The position numbers were made by a program, and so were the translations under genes. Positions 35,433 through 45,183 of a stretch of 64,000 bases of DNA are shown one piece after another (positions within the stretch are counted from its first letter, which is position 1; each line of letters starts with the position of its first letter). Below the pieces are notes generated by a model. It saw nothing but the letters and a program-made list of their open reading frames with translations, was not told where the DNA came from and made no database searches. The stretch covers positions 1,268,180-1,332,179 of the forward strand of contig OZ244840.1 in NCBI GenBank assembly GCA_965220725.1, given 5' to 3'. Source of the DNA: Arenicellales bacterium (GTDB lineage: Bacteria; Pseudomonadota; Gammaproteobacteria; Arenicellales; JAJDZL01).

Positions 35433-36158
35433 ATGACCTCACGAGTAGCAGTTGTCACCGGCGGAACCAGAGGCATCGGTGAAGCCATTTCTGTCGCACT
35501 CGCAGAAGCAGGCCACAAAGTTGCAGCAAACTACGGTGGCAACCGAGAGCGTGCGGAAGAATTCTCCAAGCGAACAGGAATTCCCGTGTACCAGTTCGAT
35601 GTCAGCGACTTCGAACAGTGCAAGGCGGGAATCGAGCAGATCACCCGAGATCTGGGCGATGTTGACATTGTAGTCAACAACGCAGGTATCACCAGGGATC
35701 GTACATTGCATTCGATGGATTTCGAGCAGTGGAATGCCGTGCTGCAGACCAATCTTTCATCCTGCTTCAACATGTGCCGTTGTGTCATTGAAGGGATGCG
35801 TGAGCGGGGCTTTGGCCGCATTGTCAACATCGGTTCTGTCAACGGGCAGGCCGGACAGTACGGTCAGGTCAACTACTCGGCTTCGAAGTCCGGTATTCAT
35901 GGATTCACCAAGGCGCTGGCAAAGGAGGGCGCCAGCAAGGGCATCACCGTCAATGCGATTGCACCCGGCTATGTCGATACAGACATGGTTCGCGCAGTTC
36001 CCGAAAAGGTGCTTGAGAAAATCATCCGCACAATTCCGGTCGGAAGACTGGGATATGCGGAAGACATAGCCAGGGGAGTGCTGTTCCTGGTGGACGACAA
36101 GGCATCATTCATCACAGGCTCCACGATTGACATCAATGGTGGACAGCACATGTATTGA
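35433..36158 (+). CDS. phaB: Acetoacetyl-CoA reductase (SDR)
   Basis: VTGGTRGIG, NNAGITRD, GRIVNI.SVNGQ.GQ.GQ.NYSASK.G.HGFTKALA.E.A.KGITVN.I.PGY..TDMV is collinear with Cupriavidus-type PhaB as recalled. Confidence 0.9.
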   Translation: MTSRVAVVTGGTRGIGEAISVALAEAGHKVAANYGGNRERAEEFSKRTGIPVYQFDVSDFEQCKAGIEQITRDLGDVDIVVNNAGITRDRTLHSMDFEQWNAVLQTNLSSCFNMCRCVIEGMRERGFGRIVNIGSVNGQAGQYGQVNYSASKSGIHGFTKALAKEGASKGITVNAIAPGYVDTDMVRAVPEKVLEKIIRTIPVGRLGYAEDIARGVLFLVDDKASFITGSTIDINGGQHMY

Positions 36159-36165
36159 TTGTGGC

Positions 36166-36633
36166 ATGGAGGACGCTCGCACCATCAAGAAGTACTCCAA
36201 TCGGCGTCTTTACGATACCGAGGAGAAAAAGTACATCAACCTGTCCGAAGTGCGCCAGTTGGTGCTGGATGATGTCAGGTTTGTAGTGACTGACGCCAAG
36301 TCCGGTGAGGACATCACCCGACAGATTCTCCTGCAGGTGATCGCCGAGCAGGAACTGGGGAGTCACCCCCTGTTCACCACGGAGATACTCAGCCAGATGA
36401 TCCGGTTCTATGGCGGTGCGTTTCAGAGCGTTTTCACCGATTATCTGAGCAAGACGATCTCGATGATCAACGGTCAGCAGCAAACCTACCAGGATCAATG
36501 GAACGACATGCTGAAGTCCGCTGGCATGCAGTCGGTCGGTGAAATGACACAGCAGAATATGAAGATCTGGACCGACATGCAGCAGCAGATGCTGCAGATG
36601 TATGGATTCAAGTCGGGCGACGACGATAAATAG
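36166..36633 (+). CDS. phaR: Polyhydroxyalkanoate synthesis repressor PhaR
   Basis: IKKYSNRRLYDTEEKKYINL.EV..LV is the PhaR N-terminal signature. The start was trimmed to the ATG just after the phaB stop. Confidence 0.88.
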   Translation: MEDARTIKKYSNRRLYDTEEKKYINLSEVRQLVLDDVRFVVTDAKSGEDITRQILLQVIAEQELGSHPLFTTEILSQMIRFYGGAFQSVFTDYLSKTISMINGQQQTYQDQWNDMLKSAGMQSVGEMTQQNMKIWTDMQQQMLQMYGFKSGDDDK

Positions 36634-36705
36634 GTTGTCAGCTCATCGCATTGTGTGTTGCATGCACCGTTGCGCCTTGCAACGGTAACTGAGGATTTAA
36701 TTCAA

Positions 36706-36876
36706 ATGGACTACAAAGTCTACATGTGTGTGGTTTGCGGATTCCTCTATGAGGAGGAGTTCGGACTGCCGGAAGAGGATATCCCACCCGGTACACGATG
36801 GGAGGATATTCCAGACAACTGGCAGTGTCCGGACTGCTCGGCCATGAAAGAGGACTTTGACATGATCGAGGTCTGA
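36706..36876 (+). CDS. Rubredoxin
   Basis: [31 protein letters not shown] has two CxxC knuckles. 56 aa from the internal ATG. Confidence 0.9.
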   Translation: MDYKVYMCVVCGFLYEEEFGLPEEDIPPGTRWEDIPDNWQCPDCSAMKEDFDMIEV

Positions 36877-36891
36877 TCCGATGTGCCGCCT

Positions 36892-37800
36892 TCAGTTGCA
36901 GCCGAACTCGGCGGCGTGAACTTTCAACTCCTTGGCGCTGATCAGCAACACCACAGACTCCCCGCTTCTCGAAGTCAGCCACAGAAACGGTACTCTCGGA
37001 AAACGCGCTTCCAGCAATTGCGCTGAGTCTCCAAGTTCCATCATGAGATGGCCTCGTTCGGTCAGGTGTGACGCCGCGTTGCACAGGATGCTCCTGACGA
37101 TGCCGAGTCCATCATCGTCGGCTTCCAATGCCAGTCGCGGTTCGTGCTGATACTCTGCCGGCAGCGAATCGATCTCGGTCGCGCTGACATAGGGCGGGTT
37201 GCAGACAATCAGGTCATATCGACGCCCGGCCAGCGCATCAAACAGATTGCTTTCAATGGTTGTGACCTGGCTGTCGACGCCAAAACGCGCAATGTTGATC
37301 TTGGCCACCTCCAGTGCCTGGCGGTCGATGTCTGCAGCATCAAACATCACATCCGGAAAACGGAATGCCAGGGCGACCGCAATGCAACCGCTTCCCGTAC
37401 ACAGATCAAGAACACGTTCTAGGTTTTCGAATCGAACCCAGGGCCCGAAACCATCCCGAACCAGATCGCCAATATGGGATCTCGGTATGATGGCGCGCTC
37501 ATCAATGTAGAAGGGCATGGCGGCGAACCAGGCTTCATTGATCAGATAGGCCAGTGGCTTGCGGGTCTCGATCCGTCTTTCGACCAACTCCTGAAACTTG
37601 AGACTCTGCTCGCGGGTGAGCGGTTCGTCGACTACGTCCTCAAGGTCACAGTCCATTTCGCCGATCACATGAAGCGCAGCCCAGATGGCCTCATCGCGGG
37701 CGTTGTCACAGCCATGGCCGAAGAACGCGTCGGATTGCTCGAGCTCGGTCTGTGCCCAGTCAATGTGATCAGAAAAGGTGATCAGCCGCGGGTCTGGCAC
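36892..37800 (-). CDS. prmB: 50S ribosomal protein L3 glutamine N5-methyltransferase
   Basis: Collinear with E. coli PrmB as recalled: FGHG.DN..DEA, PLAYL.NEAWF....FY.DER..IPRS.IG.L, LD.CTGSGCIA.A.A..FPD, DLIV.NPPYV. Confidence 0.82.
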   Translation of the reverse strand: MPDPRLITFSDHIDWAQTELEQSDAFFGHGCDNARDEAIWAALHVIGEMDCDLEDVVDEPLTREQSLKFQELVERRIETRKPLAYLINEAWFAAMPFYIDERAIIPRSHIGDLVRDGFGPWVRFENLERVLDLCTGSGCIAVALAFRFPDVMFDAADIDRQALEVAKINIARFGVDSQVTTIESNLFDALAGRRYDLIVCNPPYVSATEIDSLPAEYQHEPRLALEADDDGLGIVRSILCNAASHLTERGHLMMELGDSAQLLEARFPRVPFLWLTSRSGESVVLLISAKELKVHAAEFGCN

Positions 37801-37871
37801 GGTTCAATCACTTTGGGTGTGGGTTCCGCCACTGATTGTGGACGGAATCCAGGAATAAGTCGGCGAGACGG

Positions 37872-38072
37872 TCAGATCCCGTATTTTTCCTTGAACCGAC
37901 CGACGCGACCGGCAGTGTCAATAATCTTCTGCTTGCCGGTGTAAAACGGATGACAGACCGAGCAGATTTCGATGTTCAGATCTTTCTTGAGTGTCGACCT
38001 AGTCTCGAAACTGTTTCCGCACACGCATGTCACCTTGATGGTCGAATACGCAGGATGAATGTTCTGCTTCAT
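37872..38072 (-). CDS. rpmE: 50S ribosomal protein L31
   Basis: MKQNIHP.Y....V.C.CGN.F.T.ST........[12 protein letters not shown]. Confidence 0.95.
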   Translation of the reverse strand: MKQNIHPAYSTIKVTCVCGNSFETRSTLKKDLNIEICSVCHPFYTGKQKIIDTAGRVGRFKEKYGI

Positions 38073-38189
38073 GGTTGATGTGTTCCTGTATTGAAAAGAC
38101 TTTTCAAAAAGTCAGCTGAATCGGGTTTCAGCGCCGTCCGTAAAACCGCAATATGTTAACAGAAAATACCGTTTGAATGCCCCGAAATT

Positions 38190-39458
38190 CTACGACATGC
38201 GCTTCATGGACGCAAAGAACTCGGCGTTGGTCTTGGTGGCCCGAAGCCTTTCAGACAAAAGCTCGATGGCTTCGATGTCGTCATGCGAATGCAGCAGCTT
38301 GCGGATCGCCCAGATCATCTTGAGTTCGGATGGCTCGGTCAGCAGCTCTTCGCGCCGGGTGCCGGACTTTGCGATGATGATGGAGGGGTAGACGCGTTTT
38401 TCCGCGATACGCCGGTCCAGATGGATTTCCATGTTACCGGTGCCCTTGAACTCCTCGTAGATCACCTCGTCCATCTTCGAGCCGGTCTCAATCAGGGCAG
38501 TCGCCAGGATGGTGATGCTGCCGCCCTCCTCGACATTTCGCGCGGCACCGAAAAAGCGCTTCGGCCGTTGCAATGCGTTGGAGTCAACACCACCAGTCAG
38601 AACCTTGCCGGAAGCCGGAGCGACCGTGTTGTAGGCGCGTGCAAGACGCGTAATCGAATCCAGCAGAATCACCACGTCGCGCTTGTGCTCAACCAGACGC
38701 TTCGCCTTCTCGATGACCATCTCGGCAACCTGGATGTGACGAGATGCCGGTTCATCAAACGTTGAGGACACCACCTCACCGCGCACCGACCGTTGCATTT
38801 CGGTCACCTCTTCGGGGCGCTCATCAATCAGCAGCACAATCAGTTCCACTTCGGGATTATTGGCCGTGATGGAGTGGGCGATTTGCTGCAGCATGACGGT
38901 CTTGCCGGTTTTCGGTGCCGACACGATCAGTCCACGCTGCCCTTTGCCAATCGGCGCAACCAGATCGATGATGCGGGCTGTGAGATCCTCGGTGCTGCCA
39001 TTGCCCAGTTCCAGCCGCATCCGCTCGTCCGGATGCAAGGGTGTGAGATTCTCAAACAGCACTTTGTCCTTGAGCTTGTCGAGTGGCTCATCGTTGATCT
39101 TCTCAACCTTGAGCAATGCAAAATAGCGCTCGGAATCCTTGGGCGGCCGGACCAGTCCGGAAACCGAGTCTCCGGTTCGCAGATTGAAGCGCCTGATCTG
39201 ACTCGGCGAGACATAGATGTCATCAGGGCCGGCGAGATAGGAACTTGTCGGTGACCTGAGAAAGCCGAATCCGTCCTGGAGTGCTTCCATCACGCCCTCA
39301 CCGGTGATGCTGCCGCCACTTCGCGCTTCGGCTTTCAGAATTGCGAAAATCTGATCCTGCTTGCGCATTCTGCCCACACCGTTGATGTTTGCGTTGCGGG
39401 CAATTTCAGCCAGCTCAGTCGGCGATTTGGATTTTAAGGTTGTCAAACTGATTCCCAT
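38190..39458 (-). CDS. rho: Transcription termination factor Rho
   Basis: [14 protein letters not shown], Walker [35 protein letters not shown]. Confidence 0.97.
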   Translation of the reverse strand: MGISLTTLKSKSPTELAEIARNANINGVGRMRKQDQIFAILKAEARSGGSITGEGVMEALQDGFGFLRSPTSSYLAGPDDIYVSPSQIRRFNLRTGDSVSGLVRPPKDSERYFALLKVEKINDEPLDKLKDKVLFENLTPLHPDERMRLELGNGSTEDLTARIIDLVAPIGKGQRGLIVSAPKTGKTVMLQQIAHSITANNPEVELIVLLIDERPEEVTEMQRSVRGEVVSSTFDEPASRHIQVAEMVIEKAKRLVEHKRDVVILLDSITRLARAYNTVAPASGKVLTGGVDSNALQRPKRFFGAARNVEEGGSITILATALIETGSKMDEVIYEEFKGTGNMEIHLDRRIAEKRVYPSIIIAKSGTRREELLTEPSELKMIWAIRKLLHSHDDIEAIELLSERLRATKTNAEFFASMKRMS

Positions 39459-39630
39459 AGACTATGCCTCTGTGGTGATGCATAAGGTGATACAGCGTCT
39501 TTCGACACTGAAAAAAGAAAGTGTTTACGATTAGTTGGTAATTCGGAAGTAAGGAAAGAAATCGTGCAGTGAACCGATTCGCAGTGTGTCATAAGGAATC
39601 CGTTCGGGCGGCATTATACCCTTTCTGAAA

Positions 39631-39963
39631 TCAATTGTTAATTGCTCCGTCGATAAAAACCGTCAGTTGGGATTTCGAAACCGCGCCGACCTTGGTCGCC
39701 TCGACCACGCCGTTTCGGAAAATCATCAAGGTGGGGATACCGCGTATCCCATACTTTGGAGGTGTAAGGGGATTGTCATCGATATTCAGTTTCGCCACTT
39801 TCAGCTTGCCTTCATACTCCTCGGCCACCTCCTCAAGAATAGGTGCAATCATCTTACACGGTCCGCACCACTCAGCCCAGTAATCAACAATTACTGGAAT
39901 GGTTGAATTGATGACATCCTCATCAAATGAAGTGTCGCTGACGTGTACGATTGATTCTGACAT
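39631..39963 (-). CDS. trxA: Thioredoxin
   Basis: [13 protein letters not shown] active site. 110 aa. Confidence 0.95.
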   Translation of the reverse strand: MSESIVHVSDTSFDEDVINSTIPVIVDYWAEWCGPCKMIAPILEEVAEEYEGKLKVAKLNIDDNPLTPPKYGIRGIPTLMIFRNGVVEATKVGAVSKSQLTVFIDGAINN

Positions 39964-40336
39964 AAGGGAGTTCTTCCGGGTTGCTGGGCAGTCGAAAACA
40001 TTAAACAGGGATAAGCATTATTGACGAAATTAAAAATAATGCAAGTATTTTTTTCCAAAATTTGTGCAAATTTGAAAAATTGCAATGAGATCATTTGGGC
40101 TGACTGTGTATCTGATTGTTTCAATGCCGTAATTTATTCCAGCCCTGAAACAGGCCGATTTCGCAGCTGACGGATTGGAGTTGACCTGTTGCAACGACGC
40201 GACGATTTGGACAATTCCGACCTGGATGACTGCCATCAACACGGTCATCCGCGCGTCGATTCAGTTTTCATCGGCTGTGAAAAATCAGCGTGTTTATAAT
40301 TCCATCCTGTTTTCCACTCTCGACTGCTTCCGAATC

Positions 40337-40930
40337 ATGGATGTACTACAGCGAATCCAACATGTATTGAATGCCGAGGCCCGGGCGATTCAGTCCGTTG
40401 AGGTGTCATCTGATTTTGCAGCAGCCGTCAGCATGCTCGAGACGTGTCCGGGCAAGGTGGTGGCCACCGGCATGGGCAAGGCGGGAATCATCGCCAACAA
40501 GTTTGCGGTGACACTGTGTTCGACCGGCACCCCGGCCGTGTATCTGCACCCTGGAGAGGCGGCACACGGCGACCTGGGCGTGATTGCCGAGGGTGATTGC
40601 ATTGTCGCATTCTCAAACAGCGGCAAGACCCGCGAGGTGATCGAGATGCTTGATCTCGCCCGGCATATCGGGTTGGGCAAGGTGATCGGCATCACCTCAC
40701 ATCGGGACTCCGAACTCAGAAATCGCAGTGACATCATTCTCGAGATGGGTGAGATGACCGAACCCTGTCCGCTGGGACTGACGCCATCATCCAGCATTGC
40801 GGTGATGAACGCGATCGGGGATGCCATCACGCTGGCCCTGATGGAGGTCAAGGGTGTCACCAAGCGCGAATACGGATTGCGTCATCATGGCGGCTATCTC
40901 GGGCGGGTTGCCCGGGAGGCCAACGAGTAG
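40337..40930 (+). CDS. SIS-domain sugar-phosphate isomerase, KpsF/GutQ-like but lacking the CBS pair
   Basis: ATGMGKAGIIANKFAVTLCSTGTPAVYLHPGEAAHGDLG.......V.FSNSGKT.E. About 197 aa from the ATG at 40337. The N-terminal 54 codons of the track ORF look non-coding. Confidence 0.7.
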   Translation: MDVLQRIQHVLNAEARAIQSVEVSSDFAAAVSMLETCPGKVVATGMGKAGIIANKFAVTLCSTGTPAVYLHPGEAAHGDLGVIAEGDCIVAFSNSGKTREVIEMLDLARHIGLGKVIGITSHRDSELRNRSDIILEMGEMTEPCPLGLTPSSSIAVMNAIGDAITLALMEVKGVTKREYGLRHHGGYLGRVAREANE

Positions 40931-40935
40931 GCTGC

Positions 40936-43242
40936 TCAATGTTGGCCGGGTCTGATCCGGCGAATCGCGTTCCAAACCTTGAGTGGCGTGGCTGGTCCAT
41001 GCAGCTGCTCAAAACGCTCTGCGCCAAGCAGGTCGGAGATTGCGTTCTCGATTGCACCGGGCGCGCCGAGACTGCCTGACTCGCCTACGCCCTTGACGCC
41101 CAGATCATTGGTCTTGCTGGGCGTTGAGCGTTTCTCAAGAGTGAAAAACGGCAGATCCTGTGCGCGCGGCAACTGATAGTCCATCAACGAACCAGTCAGT
41201 ACGTGCCCTTCTTCATCCTCATCAAATCGCATGGCTTCCATCAGCGAGGTGCCGACAGATTGCGCCCAGGAGCCGTGAAGCTGTCCATCGACGATGGCAG
41301 GAAACAGGATGCGCCCGATGTCATCGACGCCGACCAGCTGCACGATCTCGAGGACGCCGGTGGCCGGGTCGCACTCAAGCTCGACCACGTAGGCACCGCT
41401 GGGGTGTGTGGTGTTGACGCCCTCAAAGTCAGCCGCCCCCACACATCCCGAGCCGCCCTGTTCGCGAGCAGCTGCAATTTCACGCAGGCTGATTTTACGG
41501 TCGGTACCGGCAATCACGAACGCCCCATCCCGATACTCAAGGTCGGCCGCTGATGCCTCCAGTCGGTTTGAGGCGGCTTGCCGGGCCTGGGTGAGCATGT
41601 GTTCAGCCGCCCTGCGCATGGTGACACCGGCGATCGCGGTCATCGACGAACCGCCGGTACCGCCGCCGGTTGCGATCGCATCGGTATCGCCCTGAATCAC
41701 CTCGACGCGGGAGGCATCGATCTCAAGCACCTCGGCAACCAGCGAGGCGAGTGTGGTGGCGTGCCCCTGTCCGCCGGACTGGGTGCCGGTGACAGCCAGC
41801 ACCGAACCGTCCCTGCACAGCCGCACTTCGGCTCTTTCGGCTTTGGAGCCGCCGGTGGAGTGCATGTACATGCCAAGACCGATGCCGCGCAGCAAGCCGT
41901 GTCGCTCAGCCTCGCGCCGCCGCTTCGGAAAACCGTTCCAATCCGCGAGTTGCAGCGCACGGTCGAGCAGTCCGGGAAAGTCGCCGCTGTCAATCACCTG
42001 GCCGTTCGGCATCGGGTACGGCAACTCATCCGGTCGCACCAGGTTGCGCCGCCGCAGTTCCACCCGGTCGATGCCGGTGTCATGTGCCGCCTTGTCGATG
42101 AGTTGCTCAACGGTAGCCACCATTTCCGGCTTGCCGGCACCACGGTAGGCATCGGTCGGCGTGGCGTTGGTGAATACGCCCCTGCAACGATAGTGGATGC
42201 AGGGAATTCGGTAGGTGTGTCCGATGACCGTGTACGCATACTGGGTCGGTACCGCGGGCCCCACGTAGGACAGGCACGCACCGAGATCGCTCACAGCCTC
42301 AATCTGCAACGCGGTAAACCGCCCGTCGGCGTCGATGCCGAGCCTTGCCCGGTCGGTCCGCGCCCGTCCATGCGAATCCGAGACAAACGACTCCGAACGG
42401 GTCGCGGTCCACTTGACCGGCCTGCGCAGCTGACGGGATGCCACGAGCACCAGGGCGTATTCGGGATAGGTGAAAATCTTCATGCCGAAACTGCCCCCGA
42501 CGTCGGGCGTGATAACGGTGAGATTTTCCAGAGGGATATTCAAGACATCCTGCGCCAGAACACGGCGCACCATGTGCACGCCCTGCGTCTGGACATGCAG
42601 GGTTAACCGATCAGTTTCCGGATGATATTCAGCCAGTGCCGAGCGGGGTTCGATGGGCGTGATGGACATCCTGGGATGATGCACCTCGACTTCAACGACA
42701 TGCTCAGCGCCTGTCATGGCCTCGGCGACCTCATCGTCACTGCCCGTGCTCCAATCGAAACAGATGTTGTCCGGCGCGTCGTCCCAGATTCGGACGTCGG
42801 AACGCAGTGCCTTGCGGGTGGAACTGACACCGGGGCGCTCGCGGTAGTCGATGTCTACGAGATCAGCGGCATCCTGGGCACTCTCAAGGGAATCGGCTAC
42901 CACAAAGGCAACCGGCTCGCCTACATGACGCACGCGGTCACCGGCGAGAATCGGTCGCGGCGGCTTGTGAATCAAGGATCCATCCTGGTTGCTGAGATCA
43001 GCCACACAGGGCAGATCTCCGATCTTTTGTTCAACAAGATCAGCGTAGGTGAGCACCAGTGAAACGCCCCGAAGGGCTTTTGCGGCTTCAACATCGACAC
43101 CGAGAATGTCCGCGTGCGGATAGGCGGAACGTACAACACAGCCGTAAACGAGGCCGTCCTTCGTCAAATCATCGACAAACCGCCCGCGCCCGGTGAGCAG
43201 GGCGTGGTCTTCTCGACGTAATGGGGAGTTCGACTTTGTCAT
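40936..43242 (-). CDS. Molybdopterin-binding large subunit of a xanthine dehydrogenase/CO-dehydrogenase-family hydroxylase
   Basis: 768 aa. LLTGRGRFVDD N-terminus, GGSFG, AYRGAGKPE, GGQGHAT motifs typical of CoxL/XdhB-type subunits. Confidence 0.85.
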   Translation of the reverse strand: MTKSNSPLRREDHALLTGRGRFVDDLTKDGLVYGCVVRSAYPHADILGVDVEAAKALRGVSLVLTYADLVEQKIGDLPCVADLSNQDGSLIHKPPRPILAGDRVRHVGEPVAFVVADSLESAQDAADLVDIDYRERPGVSSTRKALRSDVRIWDDAPDNICFDWSTGSDDEVAEAMTGAEHVVEVEVHHPRMSITPIEPRSALAEYHPETDRLTLHVQTQGVHMVRRVLAQDVLNIPLENLTVITPDVGGSFGMKIFTYPEYALVLVASRQLRRPVKWTATRSESFVSDSHGRARTDRARLGIDADGRFTALQIEAVSDLGACLSYVGPAVPTQYAYTVIGHTYRIPCIHYRCRGVFTNATPTDAYRGAGKPEMVATVEQLIDKAAHDTGIDRVELRRRNLVRPDELPYPMPNGQVIDSGDFPGLLDRALQLADWNGFPKRRREAERHGLLRGIGLGMYMHSTGGSKAERAEVRLCRDGSVLAVTGTQSGGQGHATTLASLVAEVLEIDASRVEVIQGDTDAIATGGGTGGSSMTAIAGVTMRRAAEHMLTQARQAASNRLEASAADLEYRDGAFVIAGTDRKISLREIAAAREQGGSGCVGAADFEGVNTTHPSGAYVVELECDPATGVLEIVQLVGVDDIGRILFPAIVDGQLHGSWAQSVGTSLMEAMRFDEDEEGHVLTGSLMDYQLPRAQDLPFFTLEKRSTPSKTNDLGVKGVGESGSLGAPGAIENAISDLLGAERFEQLHGPATPLKVWNAIRRIRPGQH

Positions 43243-43504
43243 GTTCGGGAAAGATCAGGTATTGATCAACAAACAGTGTAACGGTTGCATGTGTTCAATC
43301 GGGTTGCGGGCGCTCAACACAGCTTCACCAACTGCACGCGACCGACCGATGTAAAGACAGGAAAGCAACCGAATCCGGACAGTCGACATCGAAGTCCGCG
43401 AAACAACACCGTAATGCGATGGTGTATATTATGGAATAACTTCGTCAAGCCGAGTTCAGTTCCTTCGCTTCCCTGATTTATTGACATTCTGACCGTACAT
43501 CACC

Positions 43505-44515
43505 ATGAACAACTCTTCAGACAACCACACATGGACTGCACCACAGGTGCAGGCATTGTTCGAACTGCCCTTCAATGACCTCTTGTTCCGGGCGCACTCC
43601 GTCCATCGGGAGAACTTTGTCCCCAACCAGGTGCAGAAAAGCCGACTCGTCAATATCAAGACCGGTGGTTGTCCCGAGGATTGCAAATACTGCAGCCAGT
43701 CAATCCGCTATCAAACAGACGTCGATGTCAGCAAGCTGATGCGTGTCGACGATGTCATTGCGGACGCCCGGGCCGCCAAGGCCGACGGTGCCACCCGCTA
43801 CTGCATGGGTGCCGCCTGGCGCGGGCCGCAGTCCAGTCACATGGAGAGTCTGTGCAGCATGATCAGGGAAGTCAAGTCGCTGGGCATGGAAACCTGCATG
43901 ACACTGGGACTGCTGAACCGCGAGCAGGCTGTCCAGCTCAAGGAGGCTGGCCTGGACTACTACAATCACAACGTGGATACCTCACCGGAATACTACGAGG
44001 AGATCATCACCACCCGAACCTTCGCTGACCGCCTTAAAACCATCGACCACGTGCGCGAGGCCGGCATGAAAGTCTGCTGCGGAGGCATTCTGGGCATGGG
44101 CGAGTCAGAACAGGACCGCGGCAGCATGCTGGCAGTCCTGGCGAACATGGAACATCCGCCGGAAAGCGTGCCGATCAATATGCTGGTACCCATTCCGGGT
44201 ACACCGCTTGAGGACGCCGCACACGTTGAGCCGCTTGACTTTGTGCGCACCATCGCAGTGGCAAGAATCATGCTTCCGCGTTCGGTGCTGCGGCTGTCAG
44301 CCGGACGAAGGTCCATGTCAGAAGAGCTGCAGGCGCTTTGCTTTTTTGCCGGTGCCAACTCGATCTTTGTCGGTGCGCGATTACTCACCACCGACAACGT
44401 TGAATATGACCACGATGAGGCACTATTCAACAAATTGGGTCTCGAGGAGATGCCGGGTTTCGCCAACGACTCGCGAGCTGATATTCCCCAACCGGCCGGG
44501 GAACTGGTGTCATGA
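43505..44515 (+). CDS. bioB: Biotin synthase
   Basis: Radical-SAM motif [13 protein letters not shown], plus YCMGAAWR and YNHNVDTS. Confidence 0.95.
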   Translation: MNNSSDNHTWTAPQVQALFELPFNDLLFRAHSVHRENFVPNQVQKSRLVNIKTGGCPEDCKYCSQSIRYQTDVDVSKLMRVDDVIADARAAKADGATRYCMGAAWRGPQSSHMESLCSMIREVKSLGMETCMTLGLLNREQAVQLKEAGLDYYNHNVDTSPEYYEEIITTRTFADRLKTIDHVREAGMKVCCGGILGMGESEQDRGSMLAVLANMEHPPESVPINMLVPIPGTPLEDAAHVEPLDFVRTIAVARIMLPRSVLRLSAGRRSMSEELQALCFFAGANSIFVGARLLTTDNVEYDHDEALFNKLGLEEMPGFANDSRADIPQPAGELVS

Positions 44516-45180
44516 CAGTCACAATCTCAAGTCTGACCGGTGAGTTCGGCCGCAACAATGAGAGTCTCGAGGACTGGACGCTCACGGTATTCAGCGAGCT
44601 TTGCGGTGACGCACAAAGTGCCCAGCTGTTTCTCAATACGCTGTCCTACATGGAGCACATTGGCAGTTACAAGATCATGGCCACACAGCGCACCGATGTG
44701 ATGGACTATTCCACGCTGAAGCATCTCAACGAGGAAACCGGACACGCGGTGCTGTTCAAGCGCCACGCGGAGCGTCTCAGCGATCAGGGCATCGACTATT
44801 CGTCGGAGTCACTGCTTGCACCGGCGACCGCCCGCGCTTACTTCAACCGCCTGGAGATCGGCATGGTGCGGCTGTTCGGCCGCGAGGCCAACTACCGAAC
44901 CGTGTATCTTTACATGTCGATGATCGTGGAATTCCGCGCGGTGTGGGCCTACGAGATTCTGCAAAAGGCATTGGACCAAAACAGTCTGGAGGTGTCTTTG
45001 GACCGGCTGCTGGCTGAAGAGCAGGGGCACCTCTACAGCATGATCCGGCGGCTGGAGGCCGACGATCTTTTCAACCTGCGCTGGGTCCGCCAGCTGTGGG
45101 GTCAGGAGCAGGTGCTGTTCATTCGCCTGTTGAAAGCCATCGGCAACCGGCTGGACCAGCCAAATCTAAAAGTCGCCTGA
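44512..45180 (+). CDS. Ferritin-like di-iron carboxylate protein of unknown function, translationally coupled to bioB
   Basis: ATGA start/stop overlap with bioB. Ligand pattern E48 (YMEH), E75-x-x-H78 (EETGH), E140 (IVEF), E170-x-x-H173 (EEQGH), with spacings of 27 and 30. Predicted all-helical, 222 aa. Confidence 0.6.
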   Translation: MTVTISSLTGEFGRNNESLEDWTLTVFSELCGDAQSAQLFLNTLSYMEHIGSYKIMATQRTDVMDYSTLKHLNEETGHAVLFKRHAERLSDQGIDYSSESLLAPATARAYFNRLEIGMVRLFGREANYRTVYLYMSMIVEFRAVWAYEILQKALDQNSLEVSLDRLLAEEQGHLYSMIRRLEADDLFNLRWVRQLWGQEQVLFIRLLKAIGNRLDQPNLKVA

Positions 45181-45183
45181 AAG

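Noticed and set aside
40065-40084. Imperfect 20-bp palindrome TGCAAATTTGAAAAATTGCA in the trxA/SIS-gene divergent spacer
   Set aside because: Only 16 of 20 positions are symmetric, it lies in very AT-rich DNA, and it matches no operator consensus I know (not CRP or FNR). Insufficient evidence for a site.
43243-43504. Looked for a BirA operator (TTGTAAACC-type 40-bp inverted repeat) upstream of bioB, and also upstream of bioF (48283-48386)
   Set aside because: No convincing inverted repeat was found by eye, so no regulatory site can be supported.
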